Shown here: positions 8,417 through 17,004 of the stretch, one piece after another
Layout of the letters: each line of letters opens with the position of its first letter
Position numbering within the stretch: position 1 is the stretch's first letter
NCBI GenBank assembly: GCA_947372795.1
Contig: CANBVC010000001.1
Span: 1-51,950 of the forward strand
Reading direction: 5' to 3'
DNA length: 51,950 bases
Origin: Beijerinckiaceae bacterium
GTDB taxonomy: Bacteria > Pseudomonadota > Alphaproteobacteria > Rhizobiales > Beijerinckiaceae
The notes under the pieces: model-generated
What the model was told of the DNA's origin: nothing
Databases searched by the model: none
Seen by the model: only the letters and a program-made list of their open reading frames with translations
Position numbers and translations under genes: made by a program

Positions 8417-9571
8417 TTAAACCTCTGCGGGAACGGAGGGGAGGAGAGAGCCACGAATGAGCTGATCGATGTCGTCTGGTCCGGGCTCCGAGAGGCCACG
8501 GGTAAGATGCGCGGTCGAGGCGAGGAATGCGATCTTTGCGTTGCGCAGGCTGAGTTGTCCCAGCATGGCCGCCGTCGGGCTTCCTTCGGAGAGTTTGGTG
8601 ATCGCGATAGCTTCGAGATCCTTGTAACGCTCCATGATGTTGACAGCCGACTCGCGAGACACGCTAGCGGGCACCACGCCGATGCGCGTGATGGGCGCAA
8701 GACGATCGGCGTTTTCCTGCAACACCTCCGAGATGCGCGCGCATTCATCTGGCGCGCTCGGCATATCGATGAAAACGTAGATGCGCTGGTCGATGCTTTT
8801 TACGAAGTCCGCCAATTCATCGGGATGATTGATGTCGATGGTGGGGGTATCGAGAATGCGGCCGTAAGCGCGCAGATCTTCTGCAGCGCCGAAGCGGTTG
8901 GTATGAGCGTTGACGAGGGTCACGCGCGCATTGGGCTCGGTCATGCGCAGGCGGGCGATCATCTGCGCGAGCAGGGTGGTCTTGCCCACCCCGGACGGCC
9001 CCAGAGTGACGATGACGCGGGGGATGCTCAGCAACTTGTCCGCTTCAGGATAAGCGAGACGCTTGGCGAGGAATCCGCCAAATTTCTTGTCTGCGTTTTC
9101 CTGCTCATAGGCGCCGGACTGGGCGAGGAATATTGCGATGAGCTCGGGGCTCGCGCCCGCTGTCGAAAGGGCGTTGGTCATCAGCCCGCAGCTCAGCATC
9201 GCCTTGATATCGGCGACCGTACTTTCGATTGCGGCTATCCGCGTTTCGTCAACGGCTGGGCGAGGCCGGTATGGGTTATCGGACGTCTGGTTCGGAGCCT
9301 TCTGCGCGCGATCGCCATAACGCGCCACTTCGCGTGCACTGGCGAGCAACGAGGCGAAATCAGCCTGCGCCTTCGCCTTGGGATTGGACAGCCCGCGCTG
9401 GACAGCGTCAAGCGTGTCCTCCTCGTCGTCCGTGCCGGCGCCCGCGATGATCTCGATGCCGCCGTTCACCCGCCGCGTCGAATAGATCCGAGCTTCGCTT
9501 CCAAGCTCCCTGGTGATTTTCGCCATAGCTTCGACGCTGTCAGCGGCGAACACTTTCATTCGGTTCATCAT
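8417..9571 (-). CDS. flhF: SRP-family GTPase FlhF, divergent
   Basis: Basic N-terminus (YSTRRVNGGIEI), GPSGVGKTT, position after flhA; G3/G4 motifs degenerate. Confidence 0.85.
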   Translation of the reverse strand: MMNRMKVFAADSVEAMAKITRELGSEARIYSTRRVNGGIEIIAGAGTDDEEDTLDAVQRGLSNPKAKAQADFASLLASAREVARYGDRAQKAPNQTSDNPYRPRPAVDETRIAAIESTVADIKAMLSCGLMTNALSTAGASPELIAIFLAQSGAYEQENADKKFGGFLAKRLAYPEADKLLSIPRVIVTLGPSGVGKTTLLAQMIARLRMTEPNARVTLVNAHTNRFGAAEDLRAYGRILDTPTIDINHPDELADFVKSIDQRIYVFIDMPSAPDECARISEVLQENADRLAPITRIGVVPASVSRESAVNIMERYKDLEAIAITKLSEGSPTAAMLGQLSLRNAKIAFLASTAHLTRGLSEPGPDDIDQLIRGSLLPSVPAEV

Positions 9572-9584
9572 CCGCGCGATCCTT

Positions 9585-11684
9585 TCATTCCGTGCTGCCG
9601 ATTACGGCTACGACTGTGATACGTTTCGTTTCGGGAACTTCCCGGAAGCTGAGGGTAAGCGCGTCGGGCGCCGCCTGACGGACGAGCGTGGCGAGGTCGC
9701 GACGCAGCATGGGGCTGGTGACGACCACGAGTGGCTTGTTCGACTCCGCCAGTACACGCGACTGCTCCTGAAAAGATTCGATGAGTTTACGTCCGAGGCT
9801 CGGCTCGATGATGCTCGCGCCAGTACCGGCAGCGCGTGCGTTCTGCATGATGACCTGCTCGAGTGCAGGGTCGAGCGTAATGACAGATAGCGCCTCTTTC
9901 GGACCACAGACGCGCTGGATGATGAGCGGGCCCAGAGCCACGCGCACGGCGTCCACCAGCTCGTCCACTTCGCGGCTCTTCTCGCTCGCGAGACATTCGA
10001 GAATGCGGTGCATGTCGCTGATCGAAATCTGGTCGGCAAGCAGCAGTTTCAGCACGCGCGTTAGAATGCTCAAGGGCAAGATCTTGGGCACAAGGCCTGT
10101 CACAAGATTTGGGGAAGACTTGGAGACGTGATCGAGAAGCGCCTGCGCCTCGTCCTGGCTCAGGAGGTCGCCAGCGTTCTGACGCAGAAGCTGGTTGAAG
10201 TGCGTTGCGATGACGGTGCTGGGGTCAACGACTGTATAGCTCGCCGCCTGAGCGCGCGCGCGCTCCTGCGGGTCGATCCAGATGGCGTCGAGACCGAAAG
10301 TGGGGTCCTTGGTCGCATCGCCGCGCAGGACCACGTTGCTCTTGCCGCCTTGAATCGCAAGCATCTTGCCGGGCTGCACGCGATCGTCGGCGAGGATGAC
10401 GCCCCCGATGGTGACGCGGTAGCCGTTGGGCTCGAGGGAGAGATTGTCGCGGATTCGAACGGCTGGAACGATGAAGCCAAAGTCGCGCGAAGCTTGTTTG
10501 CGAATACCTGTGATGCGCGTGACGAGCGAGCTCTTGCTGTCATCTTCAAGGAGAGGAATCAGGCCGTAGCCGACTTCCAGAAGCAACTGGGTACGGCTTG
10601 ACACATCTTCGATCGACAGCTGGCCGTCCTTTTCGGAATCCGAGTCTGTGGCAATCTCGACGCCTCCCTCAGCAAGAGCGGCAACTTTCTCGTCTGCGGC
10701 GCCGGGCGCGGAAGACTTGATCGCGATGAGGGCGCAGATCATGCCGGCGCCGATGAAAAGTGTTGTCGGCATGCCCGGCACAAGGCCGAAGAGGCCAAGG
10801 ATGCCCGATACCGGCCACCAGGCGCGCTTGCCGCCAAGCTGGCGCATCATGCGGTCAGTGAGATCATGACCAGAGGAGTCGCGGGTCACGATCACGGCTG
10901 TGGCGAGAGAGAGAAGCAGCGAGGGGATCTGCGCGACGAGACCGTCGCCGATGGCCAGGGTCGTGTAGACGTTCGCCGCCTTGGAGAGGGTGAGGCCGTG
11001 GAACACCATGCCGACGATCAGGCCGCCAACGATATTGATGCCAAGGATCATCAAACCCGCGACGGCGTCGCCTTTCACGAACTTCGTGGCGCCGTCCATG
11101 GAGCCGTAGAAGTCCGATTCACGGGTGACTTCCTCGCGGCGCTTTTTTCCTTCTTCAGGGGTCAAAAGACCGGCGTTTAGCTCGGCGTCAATCGCCATTT
11201 GCTTGCCGGGCATCGCGTCGAGGGTGAAGCGCGCGCTCACTTCAGACACGCGGCCAGTACCCTTCACGATCACGATCAGGTTGATGATGACGAGGATGAA
11301 GAAGACCAGCAGGCCGATGGCGAAATTGCCTGCGGTGATGAACTCGCCGAACGCCTTGATGACCTGACCCGCAGCATCCGTGCCTGCATGGCCATGGGCT
11401 AGCACGACACGGGCGGAGGCGACGTTGAGCGACAGACGCAGGATCGTCGCAAAGAGGAGGACCGTTGGGAAGGACGAGAATTCCAGCGGACGGAATGTAT
11501 TCAGGCTGGCCATTAGGATGGCGAGACCCAGCACGATGTTGAGCGTGAAGAATATATCAAGCAGCAACGGCGGCACCGGGACCACCATCATCAGGATGAG
11601 GGCGATCAAGGCGATAGGCATGACGAGCGACTTTAACATCCGCCCGGCGCCAGATCCCTGCGATATCAGAGCTACGTCAGCCAC
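9585..11684 (-). CDS. flhA: Flagellar export protein FlhA
   Basis: RVSEVSARFTLDAMPGKQMAIDAELNAG (FHIPEP motif). Confidence 0.98.
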   Translation of the reverse strand: MADVALISQGSGAGRMLKSLVMPIALIALILMMVVPVPPLLLDIFFTLNIVLGLAILMASLNTFRPLEFSSFPTVLLFATILRLSLNVASARVVLAHGHAGTDAAGQVIKAFGEFITAGNFAIGLLVFFILVIINLIVIVKGTGRVSEVSARFTLDAMPGKQMAIDAELNAGLLTPEEGKKRREEVTRESDFYGSMDGATKFVKGDAVAGLMILGINIVGGLIVGMVFHGLTLSKAANVYTTLAIGDGLVAQIPSLLLSLATAVIVTRDSSGHDLTDRMMRQLGGKRAWWPVSGILGLFGLVPGMPTTLFIGAGMICALIAIKSSAPGAADEKVAALAEGGVEIATDSDSEKDGQLSIEDVSSRTQLLLEVGYGLIPLLEDDSKSSLVTRITGIRKQASRDFGFIVPAVRIRDNLSLEPNGYRVTIGGVILADDRVQPGKMLAIQGGKSNVVLRGDATKDPTFGLDAIWIDPQERARAQAASYTVVDPSTVIATHFNQLLRQNAGDLLSQDEAQALLDHVSKSSPNLVTGLVPKILPLSILTRVLKLLLADQISISDMHRILECLASEKSREVDELVDAVRVALGPLIIQRVCGPKEALSVITLDPALEQVIMQNARAAGTGASIIEPSLGRKLIESFQEQSRVLAESNKPLVVVTSPMLRRDLATLVRQAAPDALTLSFREVPETKRITVVAVIGSTE

Positions 11685-11777
11685 TCTTCATCTCCGCTGT
11701 CGGATTTCCGTCACTCACCAACGGTTGCGTCCGGTTTCCGACAGATTTTCGAGGTAAAACCCTACGAAATTGAGGGT

Positions 11778-11793
11778 TGCAAAGGGCATGCCA
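11778..11793 (-). promoter_or_regulatory. Sigma54 promoter for flhA
   Basis: Minus strand TGGCATGCCCTTTGCA. Confidence 0.8.
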
Positions 11794-11807
11794 GCCCTTT
11801 CCTGTTG

Positions 11808-11823
11808 CGGCACGCTTTTTGCT
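11808..11823 (+). promoter_or_regulatory. Sigma54 promoter for flgP-flgT-flgA
   Basis: CGGCACGCTTTTTGCT. Confidence 0.8.
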
Positions 11824-11859
11824 AGCTCCGTCTTAACTGGCTTTATAAGAGGTCGAGAC

Positions 11860-12285
11860 GTGAAAACTTCGATGGTTTTGGCCGCGTGCCTTCTGCTTAC
11901 GGGATGCTCGGCGCAAGAGATGCAGCTTGGCGCTGACGTGAATGAGCAAATCCCGTACCGCGCTATTGGGTATGCTTCATTGCGTATTCAGCCGGGCAAG
12001 ACGCCCGCGCAGAAGCAGCTGATGGCGATCAGGGCCGCCAAGGCGGCCGCGATGCGCGAGCTTGCTGAAAAGATCTATGGCGCCGACATATCGGGCCAGA
12101 CATCGCTCGCAGGTGGCGGCGTTTATAGCGATCAGTTGCGTAGCAGCGTCGATGGTCTTGTGCGCGGCGCTCGCGTCATCAGCCTCACGCCCATTCGCAA
12201 CGATGTCTATGAGGCCGTCCTTGAGGTGGACGCTTGGGAAGTTGACGCCATGCGCGCCCGCTGGCCCAACCGTCATCATCGCTAA
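11860..12285 (+). CDS. flgP: LPP20-family outer-membrane lipoprotein FlgP
   Basis: GTG start after AGAGG; lipobox LLTGC; LMAIRAAK...RELAEKIYG...VDGLVRGARV. Confidence 0.88.
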   Translation: MKTSMVLAACLLLTGCSAQEMQLGADVNEQIPYRAIGYASLRIQPGKTPAQKQLMAIRAAKAAAMRELAEKIYGADISGQTSLAGGGVYSDQLRSSVDGLVRGARVISLTPIRNDVYEAVLEVDAWEVDAMRARWPNRHHR

Positions 12286-12291
12286 GGAGCT

Positions 12292-13404
12292 GTGATGCGC
12301 CCTTTCGCTTTCCTACTCGCTGTCGGCATTTCTCTCGCGGCTTTCGCTCAGGCCCACGCGGGCCAGCGGTTCGTGCAAGGCGAGGGCAGGGCGATTATCG
12401 CTGGTAAAGACATGTCTACGGCGCGCCAGGCTGCGCTGGCGGACGCGCTTTATGACGCCGCTTCCAAACTTGATTCACGTGTACGAGGGATTAGCCTTGT
12501 AGACACCGACGGCGCTCTCAAAGAAGAGAGCAGCACGCTCGTCGCGGGGCGGTTCTCTGGCTATCATATCCTTTTTGAAGGTCGTGAAGGCGCAGCTTTC
12601 ATCGTCCGCATCGAGGCGATCGGCTTGACGGACGAGGAGAACTGCGGCGGAAAGCGCGTTGACCTCGACATTCGCGAAATCAGTACGCGCGTCGCTCCGG
12701 GCATTCAGGGGCAGGTGCAGCGTAATGTCGCTGAAGGCTTGTCGCGCGGCATCGCTTCGCTCGCCGAGGGGAATGGTTATCAAATTTCTGACCAGCGGCA
12801 TCTGCGGCAGACCCCTGGCGACGAGCGCACTCATCGCTCCCAATATGACTACATGGCGCAATTGACCAATTCCCTTCCGAGCGCTGGTGGCTATTCGGTT
12901 TCGGGCGGGATCATTGTGGAGCGGGTGCGTAGGGATAGCGCGCTCGTTAACGTCACCGACATTGTGGTTCGCATGACGCTTACGCTGAAGGATAATTTCA
13001 CAGGTGCGCGAATCAAGGACATTCATCGCGAAATGGTGGTCCCCGATCAGCGAAGCGTATTCGGATGGGAGAGCGTGATAGGGCTTACCGCCGCCCCGCA
13101 TATTCAACCGCGCATCGATCTCGCTCCTCTCTTTGATGAGATCCGCGAGGATCTCGACGAGGAACTCGCCTGTAAACCGCTTCGTGCTCTGGTTCGGGCC
13201 TCCAATAAGGGGGAGATCGTTCTTTCGGTCGGAATCGAGCATGGCGTGCAGCGGGGGGACTATTTTCTTGTAACGCTGCCGAACACGACCAATGAATGGC
13301 AAGTCATCAGGATCGATGATGTCACCCCAACGCAATCACTCGCACGGACCATGAAAGCGAAGCCTGGCATCCCCGCCAATGCGATCGCCACTCTTATGCG
13401 ATAG
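12292..13404 (+). CDS. flgT: Flagellar H-ring assembly protein FlgT
   Basis: Signal peptide, GEGRAII...ARQAALADAL N-domain, LACKPL...VGIEHGVQRGD C-domain; adjacent to flgP. Confidence 0.82.
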   Translation: MMRPFAFLLAVGISLAAFAQAHAGQRFVQGEGRAIIAGKDMSTARQAALADALYDAASKLDSRVRGISLVDTDGALKEESSTLVAGRFSGYHILFEGREGAAFIVRIEAIGLTDEENCGGKRVDLDIREISTRVAPGIQGQVQRNVAEGLSRGIASLAEGNGYQISDQRHLRQTPGDERTHRSQYDYMAQLTNSLPSAGGYSVSGGIIVERVRRDSALVNVTDIVVRMTLTLKDNFTGARIKDIHREMVVPDQRSVFGWESVIGLTAAPHIQPRIDLAPLFDEIREDLDEELACKPLRALVRASNKGEIVLSVGIEHGVQRGDYFLVTLPNTTNEWQVIRIDDVTPTQSLARTMKAKPGIPANAIATLMR

Positions 13405-13417
13405 GTAACCCCAGATC

Positions 13418-14161
13418 ATGCGCAGCTTTAAACTGGCATTGCTCATAGGCGTTCTTTCGGCTTGCTCTGCGGTCGCCGAGCCCAACGTCGCTTCGGCTGA
13501 ATCCTGGGGCGCGGACGATATTCGTCGCGTGATGGGCGATTGGTTGCGCAGCAACGGGCGAACCGTTCCGGATTCAAAAGCTATCGGGCCGCTAGATCCG
13601 CGCTTGAGCGTGGCCGCTTGCGATAAAATTGAGATTGCGCCTCGGGGCGCTTCAAGCACAACCTTCACAATGCGCTGCAAGGACCCGGACTGGTCCTATG
13701 TTCTACGCATAGATCAGAACTCGCAGCCGCCCGCTGCGAAGGTCGAGGCTTCGAGCGAGGGTATGGCCACGGCTCCGTCGTGGGTGGTGGTTGTGCCGAA
13801 AGTCGAGTTGCCGACCGGCGCCGTTCTGACCGCCGAGGTGCTCGAGGAGCGCAAGGTCTCATCGCAGCCCACTGGTCAGGTGTTCAAATCTATCCGCGAG
13901 GTGGTTGGCCTGCGGGTCACCTATCCCATTGGAGCCGGCGCTCCGCTCGCCGCCAGGAACGTCGCTCGCGCGCCTCTGGTCGCCAAGGGGGAGAACGTCA
14001 CCCTGGTGGCCAATGGGTCCGGTTTCGAGATCAGCGTGCCAGGTCGCGCTGAGCAGGATGGCTACGAGGGCGATCTGATCGCCGTGAAGAACTCCAGAAC
14101 CGGGGCGGTCCTGAAGGGCCGACTTGAGCGCGGCAAAATCGTGAGCGTGATGGCTCTCTGA
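13418..14161 (+). CDS. flgA: P-ring chaperone FlgA
   Basis: LDPRLSVAAC, SAF domain, LVAKGENVTL...GRAEQDGYEGDLIAVKNSRTG. Confidence 0.93.
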   Translation: MRSFKLALLIGVLSACSAVAEPNVASAESWGADDIRRVMGDWLRSNGRTVPDSKAIGPLDPRLSVAACDKIEIAPRGASSTTFTMRCKDPDWSYVLRIDQNSQPPAAKVEASSEGMATAPSWVVVVPKVELPTGAVLTAEVLEERKVSSQPTGQVFKSIREVVGLRVTYPIGAGAPLAARNVARAPLVAKGENVTLVANGSGFEISVPGRAEQDGYEGDLIAVKNSRTGAVLKGRLERGKIVSVMAL

Positions 14162-14190
14162 CAAAGTTTGGGTCGCAGGCTTTGTTGGTA

Positions 14191-14217
14191 TATAGTTTTT
14201 TAATCCGCGGCCGTTTA
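14191..14217 (+). promoter_or_regulatory. Sigma28 promoter for flgM
   Basis: TATA-N15-GCCGTTTA, 21 bp before the flgM ATG. Confidence 0.7.
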
Positions 14218-14238
14218 TAATGGCATAGAGGTGGAACC

Positions 14239-14529
14239 ATGATCGACGGCATTCGTCAGAACCTGAACCTGATTGAGTCTGGCTCGCGCAAGTCGAGCAA
14301 GACCGACGCGTCTAAAACCTCGGCTTCCGTCGAGTCTTCAGCGCTTTCTGCGGCCACGGGCGCGGAATCGGTGGAGATCAGCGCGTCCGTTGGGTCTCTT
14401 GGTGGGGCTCCTATTGATCGGGCGCGTGTAGACGCTATACGTAGTGCAATTCGCAACAACGCCTATCCGGTGGATTTCGACCTGCTTGCCAAGCGCATGC
14501 TGGAATCTTTGGTCGGGGAACAGGCCTAG
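14239..14529 (+). CDS. flgM: Anti-sigma28 factor FlgM
   Basis: IDRARVDAIRSAIRNNAYPVDFDLLAKRML; follows flgA. Confidence 0.93.
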   Translation: MIDGIRQNLNLIESGSRKSSKTDASKTSASVESSALSAATGAESVEISASVGSLGGAPIDRARVDAIRSAIRNNAYPVDFDLLAKRMLESLVGEQA

Positions 14530-14542
14530 CGCAGGATAGCCA

Positions 14543-14833
14543 TTGACCGAGACATCTTTGGAAGCTGACCTTCTATCCCTACGCGACGCTGTCACGCAGC
14601 TTGGTCGCGCAATAGCCGTTTCCGATCTCGCTGTGGTCGAGGCCTGTACTGCTCAGATCAAGCTTTTGCTTGAGCGCGCGAATGCTGAAGGCGGAGCGGC
14701 CCGAGTTGGCCAGCGGGACTTGATACAGGAGCTCGAAGCCGCCAGTCAGGAAATTGAGACGCTTCTTGGCTCCCGGCTGCGTGCATTCGATATTGCGATC
14801 GCGGCGTGGCGCACCCCTGAGGCGGGTCTTTGA
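14543..14833 (+). CDS. Small helical protein, FlgN-like chaperone by position
   Basis: All-helical 96 aa directly after flgM. Confidence 0.55.
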   Translation: MTETSLEADLLSLRDAVTQLGRAIAVSDLAVVEACTAQIKLLLERANAEGGAARVGQRDLIQELEAASQEIETLLGSRLRAFDIAIAAWRTPEAGL

Positions 14834-14834
14834 C

Positions 14835-15248
14835 ATGAGTGATTTCCTCGCTCTGGCGTCAATGTTTGTGAGCGTCGCCGTCTGCGTCGGCGGCTTTCTC
14901 TACATCCGCATCAAGGAAAACGCCTGGCAGGCGCGGCATGACGAATTGTCGGCGCGCATCAATCTGCTCGTACTCGAAGAAAGCCGTCATCGCAGAAGCA
15001 TGTCTGAAGTGCTCGACGAACGCGAGGTGACCCTCGAGCATGAAGTGCGGCAGATGCAGTCAGATATGAAGATGCTGGATCTTCAACTGCGAGCCGGTCC
15101 CTCTCGTGAGGCCCCTGAGGCGGTCGAGCTTGCTATTCAGCTAGCACGAGCGGGTGAGCCGCGTGAAGTGGTGGCCAGCCGCACGGGCCTTGCGCCTGAT
15201 ATCGTCGATTTCATCACCGCAATGCACGCGTCTCGCTCCAAGGCCTGA
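14835..15248 (+). CDS. Membrane-anchored coiled-coil protein, DUF2802-like C-terminus
   Basis: TM + coiled coil + ELAIQLARAGEPREVVASRTGLAPDIVDFITAMH. Confidence 0.7.
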   Translation: MSDFLALASMFVSVAVCVGGFLYIRIKENAWQARHDELSARINLLVLEESRHRRSMSEVLDEREVTLEHEVRQMQSDMKMLDLQLRAGPSREAPEAVELAIQLARAGEPREVVASRTGLAPDIVDFITAMHASRSKA

Positions 15249-15268
15249 GCAAGAATCCATTTTTTCGA

Positions 15269-15961
15269 TCAGCTAGCTTCGACCTCGACATCCAGCGTCG
15301 GTTTCGGCGCATGGGGCTTGGGCTTCAGGAGGCGGGCTGTGATTAGCTCAAGAGCCGCCGCGCTCTTGTAGGAGGCTAGGCCATAATGCCCCCTGGGGGC
15401 GTAGCCCTGTTTCTTTGATGCGTCGACCAGCATTGTCGAGCCCCCCACCAGAGCGACCGCCACCGCAAGCAGGTAGGACAGAACGAAGGTCACCGGTCCT
15501 TCAACCAATGCGATGGACCAGACGAAACCTATGGCCGTGAGCATTTGCCAATTGTGGAACCGGGCGTAGAGCACAGGCGGCAACAACGCCCAGCCCCAGG
15601 ATATATGATCAGGGATCATCACCATCGCGCCGCCTGACTGCACGCCGCCCCAATAGGACTCCCATTGGCCGCTACTGGGCACTGTGACATTCTCTGCAGG
15701 TGTTGTGGCTTCGAATGTGCAGCCTTCCAGTCCCTCGCCGATGGCGAGGCGAAAAGCTATATCCTCGCGGCGTACCAGCAGCCACTCACCATGTTTGAGA
15801 CTGGTCGCCAGTTCCGGATTTTCGAGCACGTCGGTTGGGGCGTGGGCGCCGAGCGCAAGGATAAGGTCTCCCGCCAGGAGCCCATTTCGCTCGGCTTTGG
15901 TAAAGCGCGAAACACGTGTCACCTGCACAGGATTATCGAAGGTGCGCTGCTCGGTTTTCAT
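15269..15961 (-). CDS. Membrane protein with PDZ-like N-terminal motif
   Basis: VTRVSRFTKAERNGLLAGDLILAL resembles the PDZ pattern; hydrophobic C-terminal half. Confidence 0.6.
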   Translation of the reverse strand: MKTEQRTFDNPVQVTRVSRFTKAERNGLLAGDLILALGAHAPTDVLENPELATSLKHGEWLLVRREDIAFRLAIGEGLEGCTFEATTPAENVTVPSSGQWESYWGGVQSGGAMVMIPDHISWGWALLPPVLYARFHNWQMLTAIGFVWSIALVEGPVTFVLSYLLAVAVALVGGSTMLVDASKKQGYAPRGHYGLASYKSAAALELITARLLKPKPHAPKPTLDVEVEAS

Positions 15962-15979
15962 CCGGTATGATCCCGTTGT

Positions 15980-16819
15980 TTACGGAAAGCGAATAAGACT
16001 GTCGCGACCTGACGCAACTGAAGGTGCGCGCTTCGGCGGCGTCTTCTGAACTTCCACCTTCGGCTTCTCAGCAGCCTGAGGAGGCGGCGCCTGGTCGCGT
16101 GCTGTCTGCGCTTGCTGCATATCGATCAGCCGGGCGTTGACGCCCTTGTTCGACGCGGTCAGATCGTCGATTGACTGCTTCAAAGCTGCAATGGGCTTGT
16201 CATAGGCGCTCGCAGGGGGGATCTTTCCGGCAAGCGAATTATGCGCCGCTGTGAAGCCCTGAATCGCCTTTTTGATTTCCTCGGTCTGCGAGCCCGCACT
16301 CGCGAGAGCCTGTTCGGAAACCTTCAAGGATTCCTCGATCTTCGAACTGGTCGTGATAAGTCCGTTGATCTCCCCTGCGAAGGCCAGCAAGGCGTCGCGG
16401 TTCACCTTTGCGACTGCATCGAACTCGTTGTAGGAGCGCTTGTAGAAAACAAGCGCACTGAAGAGGCCGACGCTCGCGAACACGATCACCAGAATCGTCG
16501 AATAGAAGAGGATCATGTTCGAGCGCCGCGAACCTTGCACCACCGTTTGCACTTCGTTGCGGAGGCGCTGGATCTCCTGGGCCGAATCCACAGCGGTGCT
16601 TGCAGAGGCCAGCGCAAGCTCGATGGCTTCCTCGATGGGCGTCTTGGGCGTTGGCGCAGGTTTGCTTTCAGGTGAAAGCGAAGGCTTGCGAAGGCTTAAG
16701 CCCAGCGGCTTTTTGAGCGGAGACTTGCCACCTTCGGAAGCGCCGCCATCGCCGCCCGCGTTTTCGGCTTCAGCCTCCGCAGGCTTTCCTTGTGAAACGG
16801 AGATAGGGGGCTTAGTCAT
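15980..16819 (-). CDS. Bitopic membrane coiled-coil protein, possibly MotF-like
   Basis: Single TM (ILFYSTILVIVFASVGLFSALVFY), coiled coils, ends LIRFP; second gene after flhB. Confidence 0.65.
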   Translation of the reverse strand: MTKPPISVSQGKPAEAEAENAGGDGGASEGGKSPLKKPLGLSLRKPSLSPESKPAPTPKTPIEEAIELALASASTAVDSAQEIQRLRNEVQTVVQGSRRSNMILFYSTILVIVFASVGLFSALVFYKRSYNEFDAVAKVNRDALLAFAGEINGLITTSSKIEESLKVSEQALASAGSQTEEIKKAIQGFTAAHNSLAGKIPPASAYDKPIAALKQSIDDLTASNKGVNARLIDMQQAQTARDQAPPPQAAEKPKVEVQKTPPKRAPSVASGRDSLIRFP

Positions 16820-17004
16820 TGTTCTACGCTCCTTTTTGCGGCGACGGCTGGTTCACGCCGGCCACAGACCTGCCCAGAGGAGGCCTTCACCTCTAGCGAA
16901 GGCAGGCGCCGTGATCGAAATTGGAAGGCGCGGCAGGCGTATGGCGCCGCCGGATTGTGAGTGACGAGGAAGTATCGGCAGCCGAAGCAAGATTGCACGA
17001 TCAT
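16816..17004 (-). CDS. Small 4-Cys protein (CxxC...C...C)
   Basis: SCFGCRYFLVTHNPAAPYACRAFQFRSRRLPSLEVKASSGQVC; overlaps both neighbours by 4 nt. Confidence 0.75.
   Translation of the reverse strand: MIVQSCFGCRYFLVTHNPAAPYACRAFQFRSRRLPSLEVKASSGQVCGRREPAVAAKRSVEQ

Noticed and set aside
8507-9619. 370-aa plus-strand ORF
   Set aside because: Antisense to flhF; no recognisable motifs
11770-11859. Longer FlgP start
   Set aside because: Overlaps both sigma54 promoters; the GTG at 11860 gives a proper RBS and lipoprotein signal
16816-17004. Calling the small Cys protein a uracil-DNA glycosylase, a label I recall on similar sequences
   Set aside because: 62 aa is too short and it has no UDG catalytic motifs
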